Of a stretch of DNA of 64,000 bases, positions 18,610 through 28,296 are shown piece after piece. The position numbers were made by a program, and so were the translations under genes. Source of the DNA: an uncultured Acidobacteriota bacterium (GTDB lineage Bacteria > Acidobacteriota > Vicinamibacteria > Vicinamibacterales > UBA2999); assembly GCA_963789815.1 (NCBI GenBank), contig CAWBMG010000002.1:132886-196885 (forward strand), in the 5' to 3' direction. The notes under the pieces were generated by a model that saw nothing but the letters and a program-made list of their open reading frames with translations, made no database searches and had not been told where the DNA came from. Numbering within the stretch: the first letter of the stretch is position 1; every line of letters begins with the position of its first letter.

Positions 18610-19905
18610 TCATCGCACACGCTGGCGTTGCCGCGTGGCTTTGATCGACACTCCGAAATAGGCGAACACGCCTCGCCCTGGCTCGCCCCATGCCACGTCG
18701 AGCCGGATGACGTCGACAAATGGTACGAGGAGGCGCAGCCCGAGGCCGTAGCCATCGATTGCAGACTCTGACTCCTGGTCGCTGTCGTCATTCGATGCCA
18801 GACCCAGGTCTGCGAACCCCACAAGCTGTAGCCCCCCGTATAGGTTCAGACCTGCCACGGAGAATGCTCGGACAGGTAGCGCGACGTACGTGTATTCCAA
18901 GGTGCCAATGAACTGGTTTCGACCACGTCGGGCTCCCAGGCTCCAGCCGCGTACGCTGTTGGCTCCCCCCAGCGCGAACTGGAGGTAGTCCGGTAGACCA
19001 ACGCCCACCTCGCCGGTTTGAAACGTCGCGAGCGAGAACAGCCCGAGGCCGTGCCGGTTTGAGAGCCGCTGGTATCGTCGGCCGTCCAGGATGAAGGTCC
19101 ACGACTGCGCGTCCCCGAAGAGCCGGTCCACTTCGACTTCGGCCCACGTTCCAGCTCGCGGATTCGTGGACGAATCCAGCGTGTCCACCGTGAGGAATGC
19201 ACCGAGGGTCGGAATGACGTCCGTGCCATCCGCGGAGAGCGACTCGCCGGAGGACCCGGTGTCGATCGCCTGGACGTCGGCGGTCGCGCCGGTTCTCAGA
19301 CCACGGTTCCAGTTGCGAGCGATGCGCCCGTCAGCGGACGTTGCGCGCTCGTCGAAGTCGTAAAGCGTGTTCCGCCGTTTTGAGTAGCTGAACCCGACAT
19401 GCCGCATCCAGGTGCCGGGTGTGATCGTCGTTGCATCAACTGTCGCCGTCACGCCCGTCTCGCCACCGAAACGAACAGCCACACCCGACTGTGTTTCGCC
19501 ACCGAGCAGATTGATGCCTCGCAGGCCCGGGCCGGCACTGACGCCATTCTCGTCTGTCACGCGGACGATGACGACTGGCAGCAGTCGCAGTGTTTCTGTA
19601 ACTGAAACCTGAAGGACCACGCCGTCGTTCTCGAGTAATGGTTCGATGAGAACCGACGAGAATAGTCGGAGCTCATCGAGCCGGCGCTGTTCCGACGAGA
19701 GCGTTACACGGCGAAACGGCTGTCCCGCCCGTGTGGCCAGGTGCCGCTCGACCACATCAGGCGATACGTGCCGCAGGCCAGTCACTCGGATTTCCCGAAC
19801 GACAAGCCCTTCCAGCGGGTCCGCCGACTGAGCGAAAGCCGAATGCGGTAGTAGGGTTCCGCAGACGACGCCGATCAGAAGACGGCAGACAAACCGCGTA
19901 TCCAC
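18610..19905 (-). CDS. Omp85/BamA-family outer-membrane protein (POTRA + surface-antigen barrel)
   Basis: 431-aa ORF. Signal peptide MDTRFVCRLLIGVVCGTLLPHSAFAQ. POTRA-like VVREIRVTGLRHVSPDVVERHLATRAGQPFRRVTLSSEQRRLDEL. Barrel motif LGGANSVRGW and C-terminal beta strands. Confidence 0.75.
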   Translation of the reverse strand: MDTRFVCRLLIGVVCGTLLPHSAFAQSADPLEGLVVREIRVTGLRHVSPDVVERHLATRAGQPFRRVTLSSEQRRLDELRLFSSVLIEPLLENDGVVLQVSVTETLRLLPVVIVRVTDENGVSAGPGLRGINLLGGETQSGVAVRFGGETGVTATVDATTITPGTWMRHVGFSYSKRRNTLYDFDERATSADGRIARNWNRGLRTGATADVQAIDTGSSGESLSADGTDVIPTLGAFLTVDTLDSSTNPRAGTWAEVEVDRLFGDAQSWTFILDGRRYQRLSNRHGLGLFSLATFQTGEVGVGLPDYLQFALGGANSVRGWSLGARRGRNQFIGTLEYTYVALPVRAFSVAGLNLYGGLQLVGFADLGLASNDDSDQESESAIDGYGLGLRLLVPFVDVIRLDVAWGEPGRGVFAYFGVSIKATRQRQRVR

Positions 19906-19912
19906 GAGCGGT

Positions 19913-20467
19913 CTACTTCTTCGCGGGGTCGACCGAGAGCAGCAGAGCGTCTGTCCAGGTCATGTCGAGCTGGTCTCCGACCTTCAGTTGAGCAAACGCC
20001 TTCTTGTCGGTCGCTCGGCGCGTGTAGACATAGCCGTTCGGCCCTTTGACCGTGACTGACGATGTCTTGGGATCTATCGCTGTCACTGTCACCGTAATGG
20101 TCCGCTGCGCAGCGGCTGTGCCGCCGGGCGTCTTCCCCTCGCCACGGGTGACCGCCGCTGAATCCACGTCGACAGCCGCCTCGCCGGGTTTCTTCAAACG
20201 GACAACGACGTTCTCGTAGTAGCGCGCGGTGATCTTGTCGCCCACCTTGATCTCCGAGAACCGCTTCATTTCTGGAGGAGCCTGCAGCGTTTCGTAGATA
20301 CCGTTGTCGTCCTTGACGGTCATGGTCCTCGTGCTCTGCTCAATCGCCTCGACGGTCACCGTCGTCGAAATCGATTCCCCCTGGAACGTCTTACTCTGTG
20401 CGCCGACTGTGCTGCCGGCAGACAGCAATACCAAGCCCGCCAGAGACATCGTGCTGAGAGTCTTCAT
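19913..20467 (-). CDS. Secreted protein with an internal duplication, unknown family
   Basis: 184-aa ORF with signal peptide [24 protein letters not shown]. Two similar halves: [27 protein letters not shown]...[11 protein letters not shown] and [27 protein letters not shown]...[11 protein letters not shown]. Located 7 nt upstream of the Omp85 gene. Confidence 0.55.
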   Translation of the reverse strand: MKTLSTMSLAGLVLLSAGSTVGAQSKTFQGESISTTVTVEAIEQSTRTMTVKDDNGIYETLQAPPEMKRFSEIKVGDKITARYYENVVVRLKKPGEAAVDVDSAAVTRGEGKTPGGTAAAQRTITVTVTAIDPKTSSVTVKGPNGYVYTRRATDKKAFAQLKVGDQLDMTWTDALLLSVDPAKK

Positions 20468-20910
20468 GCGTATCTCCTTGTCAGAATCGTTACCGTGTCC
20501 TCAACCAGCCGGAACCAGCGCTATGCGAAGCGCCACCCCCGCCGGTGCGAGTGCCGGCGTCACGTGTACGCCGTATCGACCCGCCTTCAGCATCACCGTT
20601 CGGGGGTCCGGACGATCCGTCGATGTGCCATGTACACGCGCTCGGGAGGGACATGGCTGCAAGACCTGGACCCCATTCAAGACGGGCGGCCGCCTCAAGT
20701 TCCCCGAGGTTGTTCGCTGTCGGCCCGGTCGCCTCTAACCGACCGAGACAGAGCTCACGGCATGTGGTAACGGCGCGGGCGATCGAAATTCGTCAGGCGT
20801 TGAGAAACGCGACCAAACGCGTGCCGGCAGTCAGGGTTTCAATGAACTGCTGTGGTGGCCCAGGTCTTGCGAAGCAATGGCTCGGTCAACCCGTTTCCCA
20901 GGAGCAAGGT

Positions 20911-21813
20911 GTGGCCCTCACGTTCAAGGAAGTTCAACGGCTATTCCAGGTTCCCACGAGGGGTCGGGTTCGGTTGAGTGACTACGACCCTGGCTGGGCG
21001 GCGCGCAAGGAATTCAAGGAGCTGGAAAAGACTGAGCTGAAAGAGCGGGCCGTTCAGTTCCTGAAGAGAAACGTCGGTGAGCTCGCCAACGCGCAGGAGC
21101 GGCTGTATGCGTCCGACACGCATGCGGTGCTCATCGTGCTGCAGGCCTCGGACGCCGCTGGAAAGGACGGCACCATCAAACACGTCATGTCCGGAGTCAA
21201 CCCGCAGGGTTGCCAGGTGTTCGCGTTCAAGAAGCCGTCGAGCGAAGAGCTCGATCACAATTTCCTCTGGCGGTACATGAAGGCCCTGCCGGAACGGGGA
21301 CGCATCGGCATCTTCAACCGCTCGTACTACGAGGACGTCCTCGTGGTGCGCGTCCATCCAGAACTACTGAGCCTTCTTCCGCGCAGGAAACGCGACGACG
21401 AGTTCTGGCGAAACCGGTATGACGACATCAACCAGTTCGAACGACACCTGGTACGCAACGGCACGCTCATCCTGAAGTTCTTTCTGAACGTCTCGAAGAA
21501 GGAGCAAGAAAAGCGATTCATGGAGCGGCTCGATGACCCTCAGAAACACTGGAAATTCTCCTTCGGCGACCTCGAGGAGCGTAAGCACTGGTCGGACTAC
21601 CAGGACGCGTTCGAGAAGACGCTGCAGCACACGAGCTCCAAGTGGGCGCCGTGGTAGGTGATTCCCGCCGACCACAAGTGGGTCACCCGTACGATCGTTG
21701 CGGGCATCATCACCCATTCGATCGACGGGCTCGGCCTCACGTTCCCAGAGATCTCCGAGGAGCAGCGGCAGCGTCTCGCGGCCGCCAAGCGCGAGCTGTC
21801 GGCGCGCAAATGA
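20911..21813 (+). pseudogene. ppk2: Polyphosphate kinase 2 (PPK2) with an in-frame TAG (21655-21657) at a conserved Tyr position
   Basis: PPK2 core: [37 protein letters not shown]...[36 protein letters not shown]. The track ORF ends at ...SKWAPW*. The same frame then continues VIPADHKWVTRTIVAGIITHSIDGLGLTFPEISEEQRQRLAAAKRELSARK to TGA 21811-21813. The proposed start is GTG 20911, after AGGAGC. Confidence 0.8.
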
Positions 21814-23378
21814 CGGAGAACTGGTCAAGAGTGTTTCTCCTCCTCGCGCTGATCGCCCTCCTCGCGACGGCTGGCCCGGCGAACGCTCAAACCGAGCCCC
21901 CCGGGCTCCTCGAACAAGCGGCGCCTGCGCTTCCGGAAGCAGTTGTGGGTCCATCACGTGGCCCGTTCATCGTCAACTTCAACGGTGAGGCGACCGACAC
22001 GGCAGGCCAGCGTCCTCCTGGCCCCGATCCTGCGCCTTGGGCCACAGAGCGACGTGCGTGCGACGGCTGTCCCCGACGGAGCGTCGGCGGCGCCTTCCTG
22101 GACACGACCGTCATCAACGTCTTCTACGGAGTCGCCAACCTCGCGCGAGGTCAGGTCACCGCGCGGATCACGCCGAAAACGTGGTGGGCCAACATGGAGC
22201 AAGGCTTCGTCTGGGACCTGGACGACTTCCTGGTCAACCAGATCGGCCACCCCTATCAGGGCAACAATTACTTCAACGCCGGCCGATCCAATGGTCTGAG
22301 CTTCTGGGAATCAGCAGGCATCACCGCGTTCGGGAGCGGCACGTGGGAGTACTTCGGCGAAACCAACCATGCCTCGCTGAACGATTTGGTCAACACGACG
22401 CTTGGCGGTATCGCTCTCGGCGAAATGTTCCATCGCGCGGCCTGGCTTGTGCGCGACACGCGCGCAACGGGTCGCGGCCGGCTGATGAAGGAAATCGCAG
22501 CCACCGCAATCGATCCGGTGACGGGCGTGACCCGATTCATGTCTGGTGACTCCTCCCGTATATCAGACAAGCCCGCCGAGATGGTGCCTTCGAGGGTTGG
22601 TGGCACGGTCTCGGCTGGCGTGCTCTTTCGGGGCTCGAACACCAGCGCCTTCAACTCGACGGGGGAACCCTTCCTCGAGCTGGATCTGCTCTATGGGGAT
22701 CCGTTAAACGATCGCAGCCGAACCCCGTATGACGCATTTACCGTCCTCCTCCGCTTTGGCGGCGGTGGGTCCTTCAGTGAGGCGAAGGTACGAGGCCGAC
22801 TGCTTGGACAACCCTTTCGACAGAATCGCTTCCAGATGAACGTGTCGCAGGCATATGACTTCAGCAAGAACACCGCCTACCAGTTCGGTGCGCAGTCGTT
22901 CAACGTGAACGCGTCGTACAACGGCAAGCTGTCCTCTCGTCTGTCCTTCTTGGTGTCCGGTTGGGGGGGCCTGACTGCGCTCGGTGCGGTGGATTCGATT
23001 CCGCTGACGGGAGTCGCGCCCGAAGAAGACCAGCCACCAGGTGAGTCGTCTGGGCAAGGTGTGTCGGAAGGCCCACGTTACTACGACTACGGACCGGGAT
23101 CGGATTTCGGTGCACGAGCTCTCTTCGCACGCGACGGCCGCACCATCGTTGCTTTCGTGTACGAAACCCATCATCTCTATAGCCTCGACGGCGTTCGAGC
23201 CAACCACTTCCTGCAGCAACTGCGGTTAGACCTGCTGGCGCCTCTGCGCGGCCCGCTCGGTATCGGCGTCTCCGGCGAGTACTTCGATCGCCGGACCTAT
23301 TTCCAGGACACCGCCAACGAGACCAGGAAATTCCACTTTCCCCAGTTCCGCGCGTACCTGACATGGAGGATGTCGTGA
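21810..23378 (+). CDS. Secreted/outer-membrane protein, possibly DUF3943-like
   Basis: Start moved to ATG 21810, which overlaps TGA 21811-21813 (ATGA). Signal peptide MTENWSRVFLLLALIALLATAGPANAQ. Conserved-looking core FVWDLDDFLVNQIGHPYQGNNYFNAGRSNGLSFWES. The family call is from memory. Confidence 0.6.
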   Translation: MTENWSRVFLLLALIALLATAGPANAQTEPPGLLEQAAPALPEAVVGPSRGPFIVNFNGEATDTAGQRPPGPDPAPWATERRACDGCPRRSVGGAFLDTTVINVFYGVANLARGQVTARITPKTWWANMEQGFVWDLDDFLVNQIGHPYQGNNYFNAGRSNGLSFWESAGITAFGSGTWEYFGETNHASLNDLVNTTLGGIALGEMFHRAAWLVRDTRATGRGRLMKEIAATAIDPVTGVTRFMSGDSSRISDKPAEMVPSRVGGTVSAGVLFRGSNTSAFNSTGEPFLELDLLYGDPLNDRSRTPYDAFTVLLRFGGGGSFSEAKVRGRLLGQPFRQNRFQMNVSQAYDFSKNTAYQFGAQSFNVNASYNGKLSSRLSFLVSGWGGLTALGAVDSIPLTGVAPEEDQPPGESSGQGVSEGPRYYDYGPGSDFGARALFARDGRTIVAFVYETHHLYSLDGVRANHFLQQLRLDLLAPLRGPLGIGVSGEYFDRRTYFQDTANETRKFHFPQFRAYLTWRMS

Positions 23379-24025
23379 GCCGGCGCACATGTCGCGCGTT
23401 TGGGATCGCGGCCGGGGTCCTCGCCATCACGTGCGTCAGCCCGGTTGTGGCCAGTCCGCAAACCACTTCGCCCTCGGCTTCGGCCGCCGGCGACACGGCT
23501 GATCAGTCCAGGAAGTGGATCGTGATTGGCGGCACGGCGACCACGCTTCGAGGTGACTGCCAGGAGGACTGCGCGGCGCACGGCACGGGGGCATACCTGC
23601 ACACCGGGAGCATCCTCGCCGTCGTCGGTTTTCGGGTGAACCGCCACATGGACGCCGGTCTCGAAGTGTCGTGGATCCCCGCAACTTCTGTAGCGGGTGA
23701 TGACATCCGATCGACGTTTCTTCTGGCCACGGCGCATTTCAAGCCCTGGGAGTCGCGCGGCTTCTTTGTGAAGACCGGCATGGGGATGGTCTTCATGCGC
23801 AACTTCGCCTACGACGTGAGCGGCACCCTTCCGCCGATCACGTCGAAGGCATTGGGACTTACGTACGGCGCCGGCTGGACGTTCCGACACACCAATCGAC
23901 TAGGTCTGCAGGTCTTCGGAGCGCAGCACGTATCCGCACTCGGCGACTTTCAGATAGGTGGGGTCCCGGTCGAGGACGTCGTGGGCAACTTCTGGTCAGT
24001 GGGCGCCGCCATCGTTATTCGGTAG
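23363..24025 (+). CDS. Small outer-membrane beta-barrel protein (hypothetical)
   Basis: 220-aa ORF with a signal peptide ending VVASPQ. Alternating beta-strand pattern (GLEVSWIP, FLLATAHFKPW, GFFVKTGMGMVFM, GLTYGAGWTFRH, GLQVFGAQHV). Confidence 0.5.
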   Translation: MEDVVSRRTCRAFGIAAGVLAITCVSPVVASPQTTSPSASAAGDTADQSRKWIVIGGTATTLRGDCQEDCAAHGTGAYLHTGSILAVVGFRVNRHMDAGLEVSWIPATSVAGDDIRSTFLLATAHFKPWESRGFFVKTGMGMVFMRNFAYDVSGTLPPITSKALGLTYGAGWTFRHTNRLGLQVFGAQHVSALGDFQIGGVPVEDVVGNFWSVGAAIVIR

Positions 24026-24054
24026 CCCGACGCCCACATCGGTTCGTTGCCTGC

Positions 24055-24858
24055 TCAGGGCCTCGGTCTTTCCTGGATCGTGATCGGTGACCGGAGCTCA
24101 AACGCCACCACGGTCTCCGCAGGAATTTCAGCGGCGTCGCCACGCATCGCCGTGCCCGCACCGGCCCCGATCAGCGCACCAACAGCGGCGCCTGTTCCGC
24201 CACCGGCGATGGCGCCCACCGCTGCACCCGCGCCCGCGCCAACCCCAATCTTCGCCGCATTCTTGCCTTTGTTCGCCGCCGCCTCGTAGCCGACCGGGGA
24301 CGTCACGATTTCGACCTTCCTGCCGTCACCGATTGTCAGAGTCGTGAGCTCGATAGAGAGGTTTGCTTTTCCTTTCACCCGCCCGCCCTTGTCTGCCTCG
24401 ACAATGCGGCCGTCGATCCTGGCTCCCCCGGCTGCCACGGTCCAACCCTCAACGGTGATCGGCTCTTCCAGAACTGCGGAGAACACGTCTCCTGTCTTCA
24501 TCGTTTTCGTCGAGAGGTCACGGGTTGTTCGGACCGTGATCACGTGACCTGCATTCAAGCGGGCGACCCTTGGCTTTGGCGGCGGGGGCGGTGCCACGGG
24601 CGGCGGCGGTGCCACAGGCCGGGGCGGTGCCACGGGCGCGGGCGCTGCTGCGGGCGTGGGCGCGGGCGCACGAGCAGGCGCAGCCGCGGGCTGGGACGCC
24701 GGTTGCTGAACCGGAGGAGATGCTTGCGCGGGTTGCGCGCTCGCCGACGGCTGGCCTTGCGAAGGCGCTTCCGCTGTTGAAAGCGATGCCGCAGGCTGTT
24801 GAGACTCAGACGTGGAGCAGGCGGCCGTCGCAATGGCCACGGCTGCGATGATCGACAT
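24055..24858 (-). CDS. Lipoprotein with a Pro/Ala-rich linker and a C-terminal glycine-zipper
   Basis: Start moved to the internal Met giving MSIIAAVAIATAAC (lipobox). Long segment PAAAPARAPAPTPAAAPAPVAPPRPVAPPPPVAPPPPPKP. C-terminal GVGAGAGAAVGAIAGGGTGAAVGALIGAGAGTA. Confidence 0.6.
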   Translation of the reverse strand: MSIIAAVAIATAACSTSESQQPAASLSTAEAPSQGQPSASAQPAQASPPVQQPASQPAAAPARAPAPTPAAAPAPVAPPRPVAPPPPVAPPPPPKPRVARLNAGHVITVRTTRDLSTKTMKTGDVFSAVLEEPITVEGWTVAAGGARIDGRIVEADKGGRVKGKANLSIELTTLTIGDGRKVEIVTSPVGYEAAANKGKNAAKIGVGAGAGAAVGAIAGGGTGAAVGALIGAGAGTAMRGDAAEIPAETVVAFELRSPITIQERPRP

Positions 24859-25224
24859 CAGCGGCGCCCGGCGCTGCCGGCAGGATGCACTTCTGCGTGC
24901 GTGCGTCGTTGTCGTTCTCAACTGTCACCTCCATCTTCCCGGCTTCAGGCCACGAGCGTTGATTTTCAGGGTTGGTTAAGCAATTTCAGGGCCGTCTGAG
25001 ATGAGTGAATGGCCTGTAGTCGGTCCTGGAATTCGACGCGTGACCGTGCGGAGCGTCACCGTATCTTGTGAGCTTCTCCATCCTTCGCGACTCCACGTTC
25101 GTGCGCGGTCGATTCAGGTCGACTTCCCAGCAATCTTGCAACGGCCTCCAACGTGTGGACTCTGGCCCGGTCCTTGCCACGGGAACGCCGTGCCCTCGCC
25201 AAGATCCCCCGCATCAATCGGACC

Positions 25225-26805
25225 ATGAAAATATTCAATACCTCTTTGGTTCTGCTCAGTCTGCTTCTGCTTCAACGAGTGGAAGCCCAGTCACCGCTGG
25301 CCGGGCGTCCGCAAGGTCCAACCGTTGACCAAAAGCCCGTCGAGGATGCCTTGGGCCGCAGCACGCCATCCGGAACAGTGGTCGGTCTGGTCATGGCTGC
25401 TGAACAGGAGAACCTCGATCGCGCCGCGGAATACCTGGAGTCCGGGCTCAAGCCTGCCGAGCGGCGGGAATTGGCCCGGAAACTCCACCTCGTCCTGGAC
25501 CGCAAGTTGTTCACGAGTCTGGGTAGTCTGAGTCGAACGCCTGAGGGAGATCTTGGCGACGGGCTCACAGACCGTGATCGTGTCGGTCTCATCGAGAGCC
25601 CGTCCGGTAACGTCGAGATGTTCGTGGACCGCGTCAGGCGAGGTCAAGCCGAACCCATTTGGTTGTTCTCCTCGAGCTCGTTGGAGGAGGTCCCTCGCCT
25701 TTACGATGAAATCCACCCGCCGTGGGTGGAGCGGTATCTGCCCGCGTGGCTTCGAACCACTCTATGGCTGTCGGTGCCACTCTATCGATGGATCGGTATC
25801 CTTCTTATCTTCCCTCTGGTCTTCGGTCTGGCCAAGCTCTCTACACGCGCGCTGACGGTCTTACTCAATCTGATGTTCGGCCGCCTCGGGCAAGAACAGG
25901 ATGACCGCAAGTCGGTACCCGAATGGCCGTTGCGTTTGCTGGTTCTGTCCTTGTTTTTCTACGGCGCTTCGTTCCTCGCCTTCAACCTCGCCGTTCGGTC
26001 CTTCTGGCATCGTGTGGCAGACACGCTGCTGGTCATGGGGATGTGCTGGCTGATCCTACGTCTTCTTAATCTGGTGGCGGCGCTGAGCCTCAAGCGTCTG
26101 GCACGACTCCATCGGTCTGGAGACACGGCACTGGTGCTCTTGATCAACCGTCTCTCAAAGGCGGCCACGGTGATCTTCGCGGCTCTGTTTCTTCTGTATC
26201 TCTCAGATGTCGATCTCACTGCCGCGCTCACCGGGCTGAGCGTCGGCGGCTTGGCCATTGGCTTCGGCGCCCAGAAAACGATTGAGAACTTGTTCGGCGG
26301 CATCATGGTGATTTCTGATAAGCCAATCAACGTAGGGGATGTGTGCCGAGCGGGCGAGGTCTTTGGAACGGTCGAAGACATCGGAATTCGTTCGACGCGT
26401 ATCCGGACGCTGGACCGAACCGTTGTGTCCGTGCCCAATGGTCAACTCGCGTTGATGATCCTGGAAAACTTCGCTAGCCGTGACCGCATCCGTTTTCATC
26501 ACACGGTTGGATTGCAACTTCAGACGACGGCAGACCAATTGCGCTACGTGCTGGCCCGCATCCGCCAGCTGCTCGAGGGTCATCCCAAGGTGGAGCCCGC
26601 ATCCGCACGTGCCCGGTTCATCCGATTAAGCGGCGCGGCGCTGGACCTCGAGATCTTCGCGTACGTGCTCGAGAGCGATCAGGTGGCCTTCCTGGCAATT
26701 CAGGAAGACCTTCTGCTCCGAATCATGGACGTTATCCATACCAGCGGCACATCGCTCGCGACCCCCGTTCCCCTCACGCTTCCCGCGACGGCTCTGAATA
26801 CCTAA
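25225..26805 (+). CDS. Mechanosensitive ion channel, MscS family
   Basis: Start moved to ATG 25225 (MKIFNTSLVLLSLLLLQRVEAQ). MscS core GLSVGGLAIGFGAQKTIENLFGGIMVISDKPINVGDVCRAGEVFGTVEDIGIRSTRIRTLDRTVVSVPNGQL. Confidence 0.85.
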   Translation: MKIFNTSLVLLSLLLLQRVEAQSPLAGRPQGPTVDQKPVEDALGRSTPSGTVVGLVMAAEQENLDRAAEYLESGLKPAERRELARKLHLVLDRKLFTSLGSLSRTPEGDLGDGLTDRDRVGLIESPSGNVEMFVDRVRRGQAEPIWLFSSSSLEEVPRLYDEIHPPWVERYLPAWLRTTLWLSVPLYRWIGILLIFPLVFGLAKLSTRALTVLLNLMFGRLGQEQDDRKSVPEWPLRLLVLSLFFYGASFLAFNLAVRSFWHRVADTLLVMGMCWLILRLLNLVAALSLKRLARLHRSGDTALVLLINRLSKAATVIFAALFLLYLSDVDLTAALTGLSVGGLAIGFGAQKTIENLFGGIMVISDKPINVGDVCRAGEVFGTVEDIGIRSTRIRTLDRTVVSVPNGQLALMILENFASRDRIRFHHTVGLQLQTTADQLRYVLARIRQLLEGHPKVEPASARARFIRLSGAALDLEIFAYVLESDQVAFLAIQEDLLLRIMDVIHTSGTSLATPVPLTLPATALNT

Positions 26806-26826
26806 CGCCCTCGTGCGAGAGCGTTA
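26803..26826. terminator. Imperfect palindrome between convergent genes; the two stop codons form its outer arms
   Basis: TAACGCCCTCG TG CGAGAGCGTTA. The arms TAACGC/GCGTTA include the TAA of the MscS gene and the TTA (reverse TAA) of the GH13 gene. There is no U-tract. Confidence 0.3.
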
Positions 26827-28296
26827 GCGCGCCTCCACCATCGTGAAGGCGTGATAGTGCCAGGCCGGCTCATCCAGGTACAGTCCCTGCGCCTGCAAAT
26901 CGCAGCCCTCCCGATCGTAGGTTGCGTCACCGATCAAGTCCTGCAGTCGCCAGCGACGGTTGCCGAGGTCTGCAAACGGCAGCCGCACATAACACTGGCT
27001 CTGGTTGGGCGCATAGTTCACCGTCACCAGCAACCGCTCGCCACCCGTGCCCTGCCAGGCAAAGGCCAAAAAGCAATCCCAGGTCCAATTGCCGTCCCAT
27101 GCGGATGTGCAGTCGAGCAATCGCCATTCGCCGTTGCGCACGACCGGCTGACGCAGCACAGCAAGCAGCTCGTCGTAAAACTGTTCCAGCCTCTGGACGA
27201 TCGGCTCCGCCGGACGTCGAACCAGATGGGGAGAGATGCGGGTCTTGCGGCCCTGAAATTGTCCGTCGTGAAAGAAACGCAAGCCAGGGCACAGAAACGT
27301 CACCACTGCGGCGGCTTCGTGCACCTCGCACGAGAACGTGGCCGCCGCCCGCGGCTCGTCGTGGTTTTCCATGAAGCGGGCTAGTTTGTCCTGAAAATCG
27401 AGCCCCGCCTGGAGATGCCCGCGCACGGATCGTGCGTGACCCTCGCGGAGGCGGTCATACAGCCGCTTGTCGTAGGTGTAATCAAATCCTTCTTGTTGCA
27501 GCGTCCATTCCAGATCCCAGTAGACCTCGGCCATGAAGCAGAAGTCTCGCGCCTTTTTCCGCACGAGATCGACCGCCTTGGGCCAGAAAGACTGCGAGCG
27601 GATGCCCCAGGTTCGTTCGAACACATCCGGCAGCACCAGCATCGCCATGTCGCAGCGCACGCCGTCACACTGCCCGGCAACCTTGACCAACTCGCCGATC
27701 ATCGCTTCCTGCGTCGCCGGGTTGGCGTAGTTCAGTTGCAGCGTATCGGGCCAGCCGCTGAAGTACGGATCGCGACCGTAGGCCAACACGAGATCACCGC
27801 GCGTGCGTGTGACCCGGGTGTAGTTCTGCGGTTCCCGGGCCAGGTCCACTTCGGTCCGAGCGATGAAGTACTCGGGATGTTTCTCCACCCAGGGATGATC
27901 CAGGCCGGTGTGGTTAGGGACAAAATCGAGCATTAAGCGCAGACCACGGTGTCGAAGGCGTTGTCGCAGCCGGGCCAGGGCTGCATCTCCACCCAGACGG
28001 CTATCGACTGTGTAACCGGTGATCGCGAAACCGGAGCCGGCGATATCCTCCTCTCGCAAGTCCGGCAGCGTTTCGTGAAATTCCTTCCGCCACTCGGCGC
28101 TGGCGCGCGACACTCGCTGCCCTGCCGGTCCTGTTTGCCAGACGCTCAGGAACCAGATCCAGTCAAAACCCTGCGCCGCCATGCGATCCAATGCCGCATC
28201 GGGAATGTCGTCCAGAATTGCAGCCCGGCCCAACGTTTGGGACAGCTCCGTCAGCCAGACACGGGTGTTGACTTGGTACAGCGATGGATAGCGCAC
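26824..28296 (-). CDS. Alpha-amylase-family glycoside hydrolase (GH13)
   Basis: 490-aa ORF with a GTG start. GH13 regions LMLDFVPNHTGLDHPW, GVRCDMAM, FMAEVYW and FMENHDEPR. Confidence 0.8.
   Translation of the reverse strand: MRYPSLYQVNTRVWLTELSQTLGRAAILDDIPDAALDRMAAQGFDWIWFLSVWQTGPAGQRVSRASAEWRKEFHETLPDLREEDIAGSGFAITGYTVDSRLGGDAALARLRQRLRHRGLRLMLDFVPNHTGLDHPWVEKHPEYFIARTEVDLAREPQNYTRVTRTRGDLVLAYGRDPYFSGWPDTLQLNYANPATQEAMIGELVKVAGQCDGVRCDMAMLVLPDVFERTWGIRSQSFWPKAVDLVRKKARDFCFMAEVYWDLEWTLQQEGFDYTYDKRLYDRLREGHARSVRGHLQAGLDFQDKLARFMENHDEPRAAATFSCEVHEAAAVVTFLCPGLRFFHDGQFQGRKTRISPHLVRRPAEPIVQRLEQFYDELLAVLRQPVVRNGEWRLLDCTSAWDGNWTWDCFLAFAWQGTGGERLLVTVNYAPNQSQCYVRLPFADLGNRRWRLQDLIGDATYDREGCDLQAQGLYLDEPAWHYHAFTMVEAR

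Noticed and set aside
20468-20910. 440-nt gap upstream of PPK2, with several short ORFs (20495..20770, 20501..20698)
   Set aside because: The translations are Arg/Cys/His-rich with no motif. I found no RNA gene signature and treat the region as intergenic or promoter DNA.
24047-24851. Plus-strand Pro/Ala/Arg-rich ORFs (24047..24289, 24087..24347, 24544..24780, 24570..24851)
   Set aside because: They are mirror images of the Pro/Ala-rich linker of the minus-strand lipoprotein gene, which has a lipobox and a glycine-zipper.
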